A DNA stretch of 64,000 nt, taken from positions 672,001-736,000 of the forward strand of contig OZ243913.1 of NCBI GenBank assembly GCA_965213705.1, given 5' to 3'. A model generated the notes under the pieces. It searched no databases. It was not told the DNA's origin and was given only the letters and a program-made list of their open reading frames with translations. How positions within the stretch are numbered: the first letter of the stretch is position 1; each line of letters begins with the position of its first letter. The DNA is from Trueperaceae bacterium. GTDB lineage: Bacteria; Deinococcota; Deinococci; Deinococcales; Trueperaceae. Positions 49,319 to 59,882 of the stretch are shown piece by piece. A program made the translations under genes and the position numbers.

Positions 49319-50245
49319 ATGCTTCAAAGTCGAACCCGCCCACCCAAGGCTGAGCCCGCCCGCCGCGCCCCGCGTTTCTCGGAACGCCTGCGCGGCTACG
49401 GGCTCCTCTTGCCCGCCGCCCTGCTCTTGACGGGCATCATCCTGGTGCCGGAACTCTTAGCGCTCGGCATGGCCTTTACCGATTACGAGATTGGGCTCGA
49501 GCCCACCTTCGTGGGCTTCCGCAACTTTACGCGCGTGCTTACCGACCCGCGCTTTTTGCACGCTTTGCAGGTGAACGTTATCTACGTCGTCGCGGCGGTG
49601 GCGGCGCAGATGATTCTCGGGGTGCTTCTGGCGGTCCACATGGCGAAGCGCTTCCGCTTCCAGGGGCTCTGGATTGCGCTCATCATGCTGCCCTCGGCGC
49701 TCTCGACCACGGTCTTAATCGTCGTCTGGCGCTATATTTTAGACCTCAACATCGGGGTGGCGAACTACTTTATCTCACGGCTCGGCTTCGACCCGGTTTA
49801 TTTTCTCAGCCAGGAGAACGCGCTCTTCACCGTCATTTTGGTCGAGGTGTGGGCGGCGATTCCGCAGGTTTTTTTGTTTATTTATCCCGCCCGCAGCACC
49901 ATCTCGCAAGACATCTACGACAGCGCCGCCATCGACGGGGCGAGCGGCTTTGCGCTCTTTCGCCACATCACGCTGCCGCTCTTGAAACCCGCCATCTACG
50001 TGGCGCTGATTTTTCGCACCATCTTCACCATCCGCTCGTTCGGCGTGGTGTGGCTCATGACCGGGGGCGGGCCGCGTCGCTCTACCGAGTTGCTGGCGAT
50101 TTATCTCTACAAAGAGGGTTTCGTCTACAACCGCTTCTACAGCGCGGCGGCGGTGTCGTTTCTCATTCTCGTGATTACCGTCCTCATTTCGGGCTGGCTG
50201 GTGCGCCGCATGTACTTGAACACCTTCGCCGAGAGTACCGCGTGA
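49319..50245 (+). CDS. Sugar ABC transporter permease
   Basis: FVGFRNF, AAIDGA...FRHITLPLL. Confidence 0.93.
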   Translation: MLQSRTRPPKAEPARRAPRFSERLRGYGLLLPAALLLTGIILVPELLALGMAFTDYEIGLEPTFVGFRNFTRVLTDPRFLHALQVNVIYVVAAVAAQMILGVLLAVHMAKRFRFQGLWIALIMLPSALSTTVLIVVWRYILDLNIGVANYFISRLGFDPVYFLSQENALFTVILVEVWAAIPQVFLFIYPARSTISQDIYDSAAIDGASGFALFRHITLPLLKPAIYVALIFRTIFTIRSFGVVWLMTGGGPRRSTELLAIYLYKEGFVYNRFYSAAAVSFLILVITVLISGWLVRRMYLNTFAESTA

Positions 50246-51084
50246 GCATGTTCACCCGTAAGCGCCTCGGGCGCGGCGTCGACTACGCCATCACCTTGGT
50301 GGCCGCCGCCTTTTTGTCGTTTCCCGTGCTGCTCCTTGTTTTGTCGTCATTCAAGCTCGAGCGCGACATCTTTTCGCGCGCGCCGACATTTTTGTTCAGG
50401 CCGCAGCTCGACAACTACCGCATTATTCTCGAGAACAACAATTTTGTGTCCGGGCTGCAGATGAGTCTGCTCGTCACCGTGGGCGCGGTGCTCCTGACGC
50501 TGCTCGCTTCTCTGCCCGCCGCGTACGCGTACTCGAGGACCGGTCTCGTCGGCGTGAAACGGACCGCGCTGGGCCTCATCGCCGTGCGGATGTTCCCGCC
50601 GATTATCATCGCCATTCCCCTCTATCCTATTCTGCTCAGGCTCAACCTCTTCGACACGCCCTGGGTGCTCATCCTGGTCCACGCGGCCTTTCAAATCAGC
50701 ATCACCACGCTGCTCCTCAAGGTGTTTATCGACGCCGTCCCCAAAGAACTCGACGAGGCCTCCATGATAGACGGCTGCAACCGCGCCCAGTCGTTCTTTC
50801 TGGTCGTGTTTCCGCTCCTCGCCCCCGGTCTTTTCGCCGCCTCCATCTTCGTGGCGCTCGCCGCCTGGAACGACTACCTGTTCGCTTTCCTGTTCACCAA
50901 CTTCGAAGCTAGGACGCTGCCCATCGTCATCTCTGAACTGCTCCACGAGGTCGAACTCGGCCAGGTCGGCTGGGGCGAGGTTTTCGCGGTCTGCACGGTG
51001 CAAATGGTGCCAATTATCGCTTTTATCTGGGCGACGCAAAAACGGCTCTTGAGTTCTTTTACCCTGGGCGCGGTCAAGGGCTAG
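50242..51084 (+). CDS. Sugar ABC transporter permease
   Basis: PKELDEASMIDG, AWNDYLFA, GAVKG. Confidence 0.93.
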   Translation: MSMFTRKRLGRGVDYAITLVAAAFLSFPVLLLVLSSFKLERDIFSRAPTFLFRPQLDNYRIILENNNFVSGLQMSLLVTVGAVLLTLLASLPAAYAYSRTGLVGVKRTALGLIAVRMFPPIIIAIPLYPILLRLNLFDTPWVLILVHAAFQISITTLLLKVFIDAVPKELDEASMIDGCNRAQSFFLVVFPLLAPGLFAASIFVALAAWNDYLFAFLFTNFEARTLPIVISELLHEVELGQVGWGEVFAVCTVQMVPIIAFIWATQKRLLSSFTLGAVKG

Positions 51085-52460
51085 TGTCGCGTCTCAACCT
51101 CCTTTTCGTCGTCGCCGACCAGCTCCGGGCGGACGTCGCCTATCACGAGGCGTACCCGTTCGTCCAAACACCCAACCTCGACCGGCTGCGCCGCCGGGGG
51201 ACGACGTTTACGAATACGTTTTGTCAGTATCCCGTCTGCGGTCCGTCGCGCGCCTCGTTTATAACCGGGCGCTATCCGCAGCAGGTCGGCGTTTTGGACA
51301 ACCGCTCGCTGCTGCCGCCCGAGGAGCGCACCTGGGGGCATCACCTCGAGGCTAACGGCTTTGAAACCGTCGCCTTCGGCAAAACGCACGGCATGAACCC
51401 CGGTTTTACCCGCTACCCCGAACCGGATTTTCTGATGAGCTTAGGCACGACCGAGTGGGGCTGGTTCAGCGGGCAGTCGATGACGACGGCGAGCCGAGAG
51501 GAGCCGAGACGTCCCCTGGTCGGTGTGCTCGAGGGTGGTGAAGCGGCTCACTACGACGTGCAGGTCACGTCTCGGGCGGTTCGCTTTCTCTCCCAACGAG
51601 ACGCGAACCGCCCTTTTGCCATGTTCGTCGGCCTCCACACGCCACATCCGCCCCTCTTTCTCCCCGCCGCGTACCACCACCTCTACTCGCCTGATGAGAC
51701 CGAACTTTTTGAGGTGTCCGAAGACCCCGCGACCAAACCTTCCATCCAGCAGGCGGTGCGCGAACCTTGGTTGGGAAGCTCAGAGGATGTGAGGCGGGAA
51801 CTCGTGGCGGCTTATCTGGCGCAGGTCACGCTAATGGACGCGTGCCTGGGGCGCTTGTTGGACGGGCTCGAGCATCACGGTCTGCTAGGCGACACGCTCA
51901 TCATTTTTACCGCCGACCACGGCGAGCAACTTGGCGAACACAATATGCTCGGCAAATTCAACAGTTTTTATGAAGGCAGCTTGCGCGTGCCGCTGGTGCT
52001 CAGCCTCTCCTCTAAAATCCAGCCGGAGCGAAACTCTTCCGCGCTCGTCGAGTTACTGGACATCGTTCCGACCCTTTTCGACCTCTTGGGAGTGCCGCAG
52101 CCGGACAGTCTCGGGGGAAAAACCCTGCTGCCGCTCCTCGAGCACTCAGAGCGCAGCCACCGCTCGTACGTCCACGCGGTACTGCTGGACAAGTCTGCGA
52201 GCAAGGTGGGACACTCGAGCCACTTTACAAATGCGGTTCGCGGTCAGATGGTTCGTTCAGAACGCCTTAAACTTGCCGTTTACACAGATGGGGCCGGGGA
52301 GCTTTACGACCTCGTGGACGACCCCGCCGAACGTGTGAACCGTTACGCCGACAGGGCGTTATTCGATGAGAAAACGGAGCTGCTCGAGGCCCTCCTGCGT
52401 CACGCCGGTTCGACTTTCAGGACGCCGCCGCTGTGGGGGCACAACAACTTTCCCGGTTAG
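51084..52460 (+). CDS. Formylglycine-type sulfatase
   Basis: ADQLR, CGPSRASFITG, GKTH, TADHG. Confidence 0.93.
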   Translation: MSRLNLLFVVADQLRADVAYHEAYPFVQTPNLDRLRRRGTTFTNTFCQYPVCGPSRASFITGRYPQQVGVLDNRSLLPPEERTWGHHLEANGFETVAFGKTHGMNPGFTRYPEPDFLMSLGTTEWGWFSGQSMTTASREEPRRPLVGVLEGGEAAHYDVQVTSRAVRFLSQRDANRPFAMFVGLHTPHPPLFLPAAYHHLYSPDETELFEVSEDPATKPSIQQAVREPWLGSSEDVRRELVAAYLAQVTLMDACLGRLLDGLEHHGLLGDTLIIFTADHGEQLGEHNMLGKFNSFYEGSLRVPLVLSLSSKIQPERNSSALVELLDIVPTLFDLLGVPQPDSLGGKTLLPLLEHSERSHRSYVHAVLLDKSASKVGHSSHFTNAVRGQMVRSERLKLAVYTDGAGELYDLVDDPAERVNRYADRALFDEKTELLEALLRHAGSTFRTPPLWGHNNFPG

Positions 52461-52510
52461 CTGCCGAGCCCCTGTTCCGACTCCGGCAAGATGCACGCCG
52501 CCTCGAGCCC

Positions 52511-53950
52511 TCACCCGACCCTGTCCACAAACCCCGCCGCCGCTTCTAAAACATCTCTCACCTCCGGCTCACTCTGCGCTTCGCAGTACACGCGCAGCAC
52601 CGGCTCGGTGCCGCTCGGGCGGAACATCAGCCAGGCCTTGCCGCTCAGGTTGAGCTTGATACCGTCCAAACGCTCGACCGACTCGACCCTGCGCCCCGCA
52701 AACGCTTCCGGCGGATGTTGCAGCGCCGCCATCACCGCGTCCTTGAGGGCGTTGCCGCTTAGGTGGAGGTCCAGGCGGTCGTAGGCGTGCTGCCAAGCGA
52801 CTTCTTTCTCGATGTCGGCAAACAACTCGGCCAAAGACTTCCCCGTGCTCGCCGTTGCTGCCAGCAGCAACAGCCCGTTGGCAATGCCGTCGCGTTCGGG
52901 TAGGTGCCCACTCACGCCGATGCCACCCGATTCCTCGCCGCCGACGAGGACGTCCCCGTCTAGCATCGCGTCGACGATGTACTTGAAGCCGACCGGCGTT
53001 TCGACGACCTCCAAACCCCGCGCTCGCGCTAAACGTTCGACGATTCTCGAGACCGTAAACGTTTTGACCACTTTACCTGTTTTTCCTTGGCGGCTTAAAC
53101 TCTCAATCAACACCGCAAAAATCTGGTGCGAGTTGAAAAACGTTCCCCCCGGCAACACCACGCCGATGCGGTCGGCGTCGCCGTCGGTGGCGATGAGCAG
53201 CCCGTCGCTTCGCGTTTTCATGTAGGCCGTCGCCGCGCCTAAGTTGTCCGGAATCGGCTCGGGGTTGACGCCGTAAAATAGGGGGTCGGATTTGGGGTGC
53301 AGGTCGACAGCACGCCCTCCGAGGCCGATGTGCTCGAAAAAGCCACTCAGCCAACCCGTGCCCGAGCCGCCCATCGCCTCGTGGACGATTTCACCTTGCA
53401 CGGTTTGCAAAGCCTCGACGGCGACCAGGTTTGCAAGGGCATCGAGATAAGCCTCACGGATGTCGAAAGTGTCGACCTTGTGGCGCTCAGGGTCGAAGAC
53501 GGCAACGTCGTCCGGAGCTGTTTTCTCGACCCGCTCGCTCACCGCTTTGTAAATGTCGCTGGTGGCGGTGCCGCCGTAAACGCCTTTGAGTTTGAAGCCG
53601 TGGTACGGCGGCGGGTTGTGCGACGCGGTCAGCATCACGCCGCCGCCCGTTTTAAGGTGTTTGACCGCGAACGACAGCGCGGGCGTGGGCAAGTAGTCCG
53701 CTGAAACGGAGACCTCGAGCCCGTTCGCCGCCAACACTTCGGCCGCCCGGCGCGCGAACAGCGGGCCGTTGAAACGGGTGTCGTAGCCGACGAGCACCTT
53801 GGTTTGCCCTTTTTCCAGGAGATAGTCCGCGTAGGCTTGGGCGGCCCTCGAGAGGTTGGAAAAAGTAAACTTGTCGGCAATCACGTCGCGCCAACCGTCG
53901 GTGCCGAACACGAGTTTGTCCACAGCTTGACCTTCGCCCTGACTTGCCAT
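52511..53950 (-). CDS. Phosphoglucomutase/phosphomannomutase
   Basis: FGTDGWR, TASHNP, DGDADR, GEESGG, RPSGTEP; start at ATG 53950. Confidence 0.94.
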   Translation of the reverse strand: MASQGEGQAVDKLVFGTDGWRDVIADKFTFSNLSRAAQAYADYLLEKGQTKVLVGYDTRFNGPLFARRAAEVLAANGLEVSVSADYLPTPALSFAVKHLKTGGGVMLTASHNPPPYHGFKLKGVYGGTATSDIYKAVSERVEKTAPDDVAVFDPERHKVDTFDIREAYLDALANLVAVEALQTVQGEIVHEAMGGSGTGWLSGFFEHIGLGGRAVDLHPKSDPLFYGVNPEPIPDNLGAATAYMKTRSDGLLIATDGDADRIGVVLPGGTFFNSHQIFAVLIESLSRQGKTGKVVKTFTVSRIVERLARARGLEVVETPVGFKYIVDAMLDGDVLVGGEESGGIGVSGHLPERDGIANGLLLLAATASTGKSLAELFADIEKEVAWQHAYDRLDLHLSGNALKDAVMAALQHPPEAFAGRRVESVERLDGIKLNLSGKAWLMFRPSGTEPVLRVYCEAQSEPEVRDVLEAAAGFVDRVG

Positions 53951-55005
53951 CAACTCACCGCGAACGTGGTCAGGCGTTCGTCGTCCAACACTTTTTTGAG
54001 GTCTTGCACGCGGTCTTTGTGAACTAAAAGCACCGCGTTCCCCCGCTTGACGATGACTAAGTTTTCGACGCCCAGGGTCACGATGACGTCGTCCGCGGCG
54101 TCGGTGTAGATGATGTTGCCCGACGTTTCCAAACCCACGTGCGTGCCGACGACTGTGTTGGCCGCGCCATCCTCCTGCTCGAGCAGCCGCTCCAGCGCGA
54201 CCCAGTCGCCGATGTCGTCCCACGCGAAGTCGCCGGGTACGACGAAAGCTCTGTCGGTGCGCTCCATCACCGCGTAGTCGATGCTGATTTTGGGCAGGTC
54301 GGGGAAGGTCTCGAGCAGCCGGTTTTCCCGCCGCGCCGCGCGCATGGGTTTCATGAGGTCGGGGGCGTAGCGGTCCAGCTCCGTGAGAATAACCTCGACC
54401 GGCCACACAAAAATGCCCGCATTCCAACTGTAACCGCCCGCGGCCAGGTAGCGCTCGGCCTTGGCGGCGTTGGGTTTCTCGACGAACTGCCGCACGCGGT
54501 AACCGTCCCCGACGGGCTCGCCCGCTTGCACGTAGCCGTACCCCGTCGCCGCCCAGGTGGGCCGGATGCCGATGGTGACGAGGCCGGTGGTTTCTTCTGC
54601 TAAAGCTGCAGCCCGCCGCACCGTCTCCCGAAACGCCTCGGGCTTGCCTATGCGGTGGTCGGCCGAGAAAAACCCGGCGACCGCGTCCGGGTGGCGTTCG
54701 TAAAGCGTCAGCGAGGCCAGCGCCACCGCCGGGGCCGAGTCGCGCCCGACGGGCTCCAAGATGAGGTTGCCGCTCGGCACCTCGGGCAAGTGCTCTTTCA
54801 CCAGGTCGCTGTAGCGTTCGCCCGTGGCGACAAAAATGTCTTCGGGCGAGTCGACGAGTGGCAATACCCGGTCGAAGGTCGCCTGGATGAGGCTGCGCCC
54901 GCTGCGCTCTAAGTCTAAAAACTGCTTCGGTTTGTCCGGCGTCGACAGCGGCCAAAACCGCTGGCCTTTACCGCCCGCCATGATGACGGCTAAAAACTTG
55001 CTCAC
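53950..55005 (-). CDS. manC: Mannose-1-phosphate guanylyltransferase
   Basis: IMAGGKGQRFWPLS...PKQF, FVEKP, WNAGIF, SIDYAVME, WDDIG. Confidence 0.93.
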   Translation of the reverse strand: MSKFLAVIMAGGKGQRFWPLSTPDKPKQFLDLERSGRSLIQATFDRVLPLVDSPEDIFVATGERYSDLVKEHLPEVPSGNLILEPVGRDSAPAVALASLTLYERHPDAVAGFFSADHRIGKPEAFRETVRRAAALAEETTGLVTIGIRPTWAATGYGYVQAGEPVGDGYRVRQFVEKPNAAKAERYLAAGGYSWNAGIFVWPVEVILTELDRYAPDLMKPMRAARRENRLLETFPDLPKISIDYAVMERTDRAFVVPGDFAWDDIGDWVALERLLEQEDGAANTVVGTHVGLETSGNIIYTDAADDVIVTLGVENLVIVKRGNAVLLVHKDRVQDLKKVLDDERLTTFAVS

Positions 55006-55293
55006 GCTTTACCCCCTTTGGTTTTGAGGCCCCTTTGTAGGTCAATCATAGCCCGGTCGTCCCGAAAAGGCGAAAAACCGTGGAGTGAAGCTCGAGCCCT
55101 CAAACCTCCGCCTGCCCCGAGCCGACCGGCTACAAGCCGAGAAAGCGGAGGATTTTACTGCTGAACGTCTCTAAACAAAGTGTACTGGCAGAGTCTCGAA
55201 AGAATTCGTTGCGCCCTGCCACCTACCCTAGCAACGCCTCGAGCCGGTCTGCGCCATTTATCAAGAAAGCTCATCACCACCGAGGAGACACCT

Positions 55294-56130
55294 GTGAGCC
55301 TGAGAGTCTTTGCCACCTTCGTCTTTTTGTTATCCAGCCTTGCCGGTGCCCAGGTCACGCGTGAAGCGCTGGTGCAACTCGCCAACGAACTGGAACGACT
55401 TCCCGAAACGTCCTCACTGGAAGACGCCGCGCCTTACTTTGCCGACCTGCCCGTGTACAGCACGAAAACGAGCAGCGCCAAACTGGTGCCCACCGCCTTT
55501 TTGACGACCGGTTTGAGCGTCGAGCGCGGCGTGCCCGTCGTCCTGCTGGTGAACACGTTGGAGCTGATGATGCGCTCGAGCCGCCTGGTCGAAACAGGGT
55601 TCGGCGAGAGTTCGGACGCGAGCGTGACGTTTCCCGCCGAAAAAGAGTGCAGGGTTTACGAGGCGCTCGTCTGGGGAAAAACCTACGGCGTTTCCGCGGC
55701 CTCGCTGAAAACCTTGTCCGAGCTTTTGGAGAAAAACCTCGTGTCTAAGGACTTCACCGTTGCGCGCGTCGAGGCCTACGAAAAGTTCGTCGCCGGAGCC
55801 GCCATCTTTGCCACCGAGTTGAGAAAGCAGTTCGTGACGACGCTCCTGGAGCAAAGTGACGTGAGCCTGGACGACCTCAAGGCGGATTTGAACGAGGTTC
55901 TGTCGGAAAACCCCAACTCGGTCTTTATTCCGCGCGTCGCCGCAGCGCGAACAAAGGAAGAACTGAACGACGTGCTGCAGCAACTGCTCGAGGCCGACGC
56001 GGAAGAGGCGACCCTGAAAGCTTTTACCGCGCAAAAGGGCGACACCCAAATCGCGGGGCTGTGGACGGGCGAGGCACCCAACGAGCCCGGTGACCTCGCG
56101 CTCGTGTGGTGCGTTTTGGGCGCTAGGTGA
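55294..56130 (+). CDS. Exported hypothetical protein
   Basis: GAGGAG RBS, signal peptide ending AGA-Q. Confidence 0.7.
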   Translation: MSLRVFATFVFLLSSLAGAQVTREALVQLANELERLPETSSLEDAAPYFADLPVYSTKTSSAKLVPTAFLTTGLSVERGVPVVLLVNTLELMMRSSRLVETGFGESSDASVTFPAEKECRVYEALVWGKTYGVSAASLKTLSELLEKNLVSKDFTVARVEAYEKFVAGAAIFATELRKQFVTTLLEQSDVSLDDLKADLNEVLSENPNSVFIPRVAAARTKEELNDVLQQLLEADAEEATLKAFTAQKGDTQIAGLWTGEAPNEPGDLALVWCVLGAR

Positions 56131-56195
56131 GGCCGGAGTGTTTGATTGACCTTTTTGGCAAAGCGTCTTGAGGTGTAGGGCGGTCTCGAGCGCGG

Positions 56196-57761
56196 TCACG
56201 CCTTAAAACGGCGCGCGAACGCGTTCAACTCCGGCAGTTTGAGGACCACGCTCAGCCCGGCGTAAACGACGCCGAACAAAAACGTGCCGACGAGCGCGTA
56301 AAGCAGGTAAGCTATCCAGTTCACTGCCGGGGGCAGCGCGGACAGCAGCAGCGACGTGGCTAAAGCGGCCAGCCCGGCCGCCAGCCACACCCGCAAACTG
56401 TGCTGCACAAAACGTTCCGCCCCGAAGTGCTCGGCCCTAGCCACCAACACCAGCAAGCCCGTCAACTGCAGCCAACTCGCAATCACCGTCGCCCAGGACA
56501 ACCCCTCTATGCCCAGCGGCCGGTACAGCAGGTAGTAGAGCGCGCCCTGCACTGTCAAGGTGACCAAGGTCAGTACAATCGGCACCCGTACCCGCTTGCG
56601 CACGTAAAACGTCCTGACGAGAAGGTTGTTCACCCCGATGGGAAAAATCGCCAGCCCGAGCGGGACGACGGCCAACGCGGTCGAGGCGAGCGTGAAGGGC
56701 TCGGCACCCGCCCGCCCCAGCAGGGGAAACCAGTTGAAGACGACTTCCACGACGGGCCGGGCCAACACCGTGAGGAGCAGCCCGGCCGGAACGGTCAAAA
56801 AGCTGATGAACCGCAACCCCTCGAGCAGCGTCCCGGCAAACACCTCCGGCGCGTCCACCGCCTGCGCGCTGAGGCGCGAGTAGTAAGCGAGCGCGGGCGA
56901 CACGCTGAACAGGCCCAACGCAAGACTCACGAACAGGTCGGCGTTGGTGAACGCCGTGACGCTGCCTGGGGGCAACAGGTCGAGCACGTTCGCCGAGACG
57001 AGATTGAGAACCTGCCGCCCGCTCGTCGTAAACACCGACGGCACCGTCAACAGCAGCACCGCCGACAAACCGGGGTGCCAGAGTTTGAGGCCGTGCAGGT
57101 GACCGCCGCGCAGCAGCGCCGGCAACTGCACCGCGAACTGCGCCACGCCGCCCAACACGAAGCCCCAAGCCAGGGCTTCCGCGCGGTGCGGGTACAGTAG
57201 CATCACCACGATGGACACCACGTTGAGCGCCACCGGTGCCCAGGCGGGCCAAAAAAAGCGCTCCTCGGCGTTGAGAATGCCCATCGCCCAGGCCGAGAGC
57301 GATATGGCAAACAAAAACGGAAACACGATGCGCGTCAGCTGCAGCGCCAGGTCGCGGTCGACGCTGCCGCCGCTCAGCAGCAGGTCGACGATGTAGGGCG
57401 CTAAAGCGTAGGCCAGCAGCAACAGCACTCCGTTGACGATAATGAGGAGCCCCAGCAAAGCGGCCGACAAACGTCTGGCCTCGGCACCCTTGAAACTTCG
57501 GTAAACCGGGATGAACGAGTTGCTGAGCGCACCCTCGGCGAGGAGTTCGCGGAACAGGTTCGGCACGCGCAGCGCTATAAAAAAAGCGTCGGTAACGGTC
57601 TTGTCGAACAGTTGGGTGATGAGCGACTGCCGCAAAAACCCGGTTATGCGGCTGCCCAAGGTGCCGCCCATGAGGGTGAGGGCGTTGTGTGCGCTGGTTT
57701 GCTGTTTGGGCGGAGGGCTCGAGGCGGCGTCCAGGTCGGGTTGGGGTTTCAACTTTCCCAC
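56196..57761 (-). CDS. murJ: Lipid II flippase MurJ
   Basis: SRITGFLR, DAFFIALRVPNLFRELLAEGAL..SFIP. Confidence 0.95.
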   Translation of the reverse strand: MGKLKPQPDLDAASSPPPKQQTSAHNALTLMGGTLGSRITGFLRQSLITQLFDKTVTDAFFIALRVPNLFRELLAEGALSNSFIPVYRSFKGAEARRLSAALLGLLIIVNGVLLLLAYALAPYIVDLLLSGGSVDRDLALQLTRIVFPFLFAISLSAWAMGILNAEERFFWPAWAPVALNVVSIVVMLLYPHRAEALAWGFVLGGVAQFAVQLPALLRGGHLHGLKLWHPGLSAVLLLTVPSVFTTSGRQVLNLVSANVLDLLPPGSVTAFTNADLFVSLALGLFSVSPALAYYSRLSAQAVDAPEVFAGTLLEGLRFISFLTVPAGLLLTVLARPVVEVVFNWFPLLGRAGAEPFTLASTALAVVPLGLAIFPIGVNNLLVRTFYVRKRVRVPIVLTLVTLTVQGALYYLLYRPLGIEGLSWATVIASWLQLTGLLVLVARAEHFGAERFVQHSLRVWLAAGLAALATSLLLSALPPAVNWIAYLLYALVGTFLFGVVYAGLSVVLKLPELNAFARRFKA

Positions 57762-57931
57762 CGCAAGGTTCGGCGGGCTGTTAAGAAGTAAGAAGTAAGA
57801 AGCGAGGCGTAGGGAGGTTGCGAAGCGCCGACGTTCACCATGTCTGCCGGGTACACAACCAGGGGTTGAAACCCCTTGTTATAGGCGGCAAAGGTCGTCA
57901 TAGTCCAGCTTATCCACAGCCTGTGGACGAC

Positions 57932-59116
57932 TCAAGCACCGACGGCGAGTTTGGCGAAGCGTTCTTCGACCCTAGCAAGCGTCTCGTCTTTTTTGGGAAA
58001 CGCAAACCGCACCCGCCCGCGGCCCAAACTCGGGTCGCTGCGGTAGAACGAGGAGCCCGGAATCGCGCCGATGCCGAGTTCGTCGATGAGCCAATACACG
58101 AACTTGTCATCGTCGTCCGACAAACCCAACCGTTCAGCCACCGGCCGAAAGTCGGCGAGGGTGTAGTAAGCGCCTTCGGGCGTGGGCGCGTCGAAACCGG
58201 CGGCCTTCAAAATTGCCATCATCTTCGTGCGGCGCTCCACGTAATACTTTTTCAGCCAGTCGTAATACTCCGGCCCGAAGTTGACGGCCGTCACCGACGC
58301 CTTTTGCAAGGGCGAGGGCGCGCAAATTGTCGTGAAGTCGTGGATTTTGCGCAACGCGTTCGTGAGATGTGCGGGGGCGATGGCGTAGCCGACCCGCCAG
58401 CCCGTCACCGAGTAGCTTTTGGACAAGCCGCTGATGGTGATGGTCCGCTCACCCATGCCGTCCAAGGTGGCGATGGGGATGTGCTCGAGCCCGTCGAAAA
58501 CCATGTGCTCGTAAATCTCGTCGCTGATGGCGACCACGTCGAACTCCAGGCACAGGTCGGCGATTTGTTGCAACTCCTCACGCCGAAACACGCGCCCCGA
58601 CGGGTTGTGCGGCGTGTTGAAGATGCAGGCCTTGACGCCCGGCGTCTCGAAGGCTTTACGCAGTTCGTCGGGGTCAAAACGAAAGTCCGGCGGGCGAATC
58701 GGCACCCACAGGGCTTCGGCCCCGGCGAAAACGACGCCCGCGTGGTAGTTCTCATGGGCGGGCTCGAGGATAACCACCTTCTCGCCCTTGTCTACCACCC
58801 CTAACAGCGCGCTGATAACCGCCTCGGTCACGCCGCAGGTGATGGTGACTTCGCTAACCGGGTCGGGCCGAAAGCCGTAAAAACGTTCGGTCTTGTCGGC
58901 CACCGCCGCGCGCAGGTCTAGCAAGCCCCAAGTCGGCACGTACTGGTTGAAACCGTTTTGCAGCGCTTCGCTGGCGGCGTCGAGCAGTTCTTGAGGCGGT
59001 GAAAAGTCCGGCGAGCCCTGGCCCAAGTTGATGGCCCCCTTGCTGAGGGCGTACACGGTGAGGCCGCGGATGGTGGATTCGAACAGGTTGTCGACGCGCG
59101 TGGCGGCTTGGGGCAT
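57932..59116 (-). CDS. PLP-dependent aminotransferase class I/II
   Basis: INLGQGSPD, PHNPSG, SDEIY, SKSYSVTGWRVG. Confidence 0.94.
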   Translation of the reverse strand: MPQAATRVDNLFESTIRGLTVYALSKGAINLGQGSPDFSPPQELLDAASEALQNGFNQYVPTWGLLDLRAAVADKTERFYGFRPDPVSEVTITCGVTEAVISALLGVVDKGEKVVILEPAHENYHAGVVFAGAEALWVPIRPPDFRFDPDELRKAFETPGVKACIFNTPHNPSGRVFRREELQQIADLCLEFDVVAISDEIYEHMVFDGLEHIPIATLDGMGERTITISGLSKSYSVTGWRVGYAIAPAHLTNALRKIHDFTTICAPSPLQKASVTAVNFGPEYYDWLKKYYVERRTKMMAILKAAGFDAPTPEGAYYTLADFRPVAERLGLSDDDDKFVYWLIDELGIGAIPGSSFYRSDPSLGRGRVRFAFPKKDETLARVEERFAKLAVGA

Positions 59117-59243
59117 GGGGGCTCCTAAAAAGGGTGGGGACTCGAGACCTGCCTGCTAGCATACCCGTTTGCCAGCTTAGCCCTCCGAATACTGCCACAG
59201 CAAGGTTCTGGGGATTTACATTCTCTTTCGTAAACACAGTTTC

Positions 59244-59789
59244 TCAAACAGGCACAAGGGCCAAACCTGCCAGCGCGGCGGTGCGTTTTGTATCGTCGCC
59301 GAGCGCGCCGAAGACGATGAAACCCTCTACAATTGCCAAAGCGAGCGACGCTAAGGGTTCACGTTCCTCCTCCTTGTCTACCTTTAAGGCTGCGGCAATC
59401 CAGTCCAGAAAGGTCGTGCCTATTTCTTGGGCAACCGCACGATAAGGTGCCTGTTCCCTGGCGGCAAGGGTGACCAGCTCGAGCCAAAGACGCAGGTAGG
59501 GTCGAATCCGCGTATCTTCCAGCATTTCGGAGAGCTGGGGGAGGAGGCTCTGAAACGGCGTCGGTTCAGCTCGAGCAGCGTCCAAAATCCCGACAAGACG
59601 TTCCGTAACCAAGGTCAGCGTCGCGGTGAGCAGTTCTTCCTTGTCCACAAAATAGTGGAGCAGCATCCGGTCACTCGTTCCTGCCGCCGCCGCCAAGGGA
59701 CGCAGGCTGGCACTTTGCAGGCCGTGGGCGAGTACATAGTCTGCCGAGCGCTCGAGGATTTCTTGTCTTCGCGCCTCACCTTTGGTCAT
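59244..59789 (-). CDS. TetR-family regulator
   Basis: SLRPLAAAAGTSDRMLLHYF. Confidence 0.92.
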   Translation of the reverse strand: MTKGEARRQEILERSADYVLAHGLQSASLRPLAAAAGTSDRMLLHYFVDKEELLTATLTLVTERLVGILDAARAEPTPFQSLLPQLSEMLEDTRIRPYLRLWLELVTLAAREQAPYRAVAQEIGTTFLDWIAAALKVDKEEEREPLASLALAIVEGFIVFGALGDDTKRTAALAGLALVPV

Positions 59790-59816
59790 AGTTCAGACTA
59801 CCCCTTGACTTGCCGG

Positions 59817-59859
59817 TGTAGCGAGTGCTACATTTACACTACTTGTAGCACTCGCTACA
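59817..59859. promoter_or_regulatory. Double operator for the TetR regulator
   Basis: TGTAGCGAGTGCTACA (59817-59832) and its exact reverse complement (59844-59859) between divergent genes. Confidence 0.8.
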
Positions 59860-59882
59860 AGATTCACGCACCGGAGGTTAAC

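Noticed and set aside
52511..54955. 814-aa ORF as a fusion protein
   Set aside because: The N-terminal part is an alternative frame over manC; the real PGM starts at 53950.
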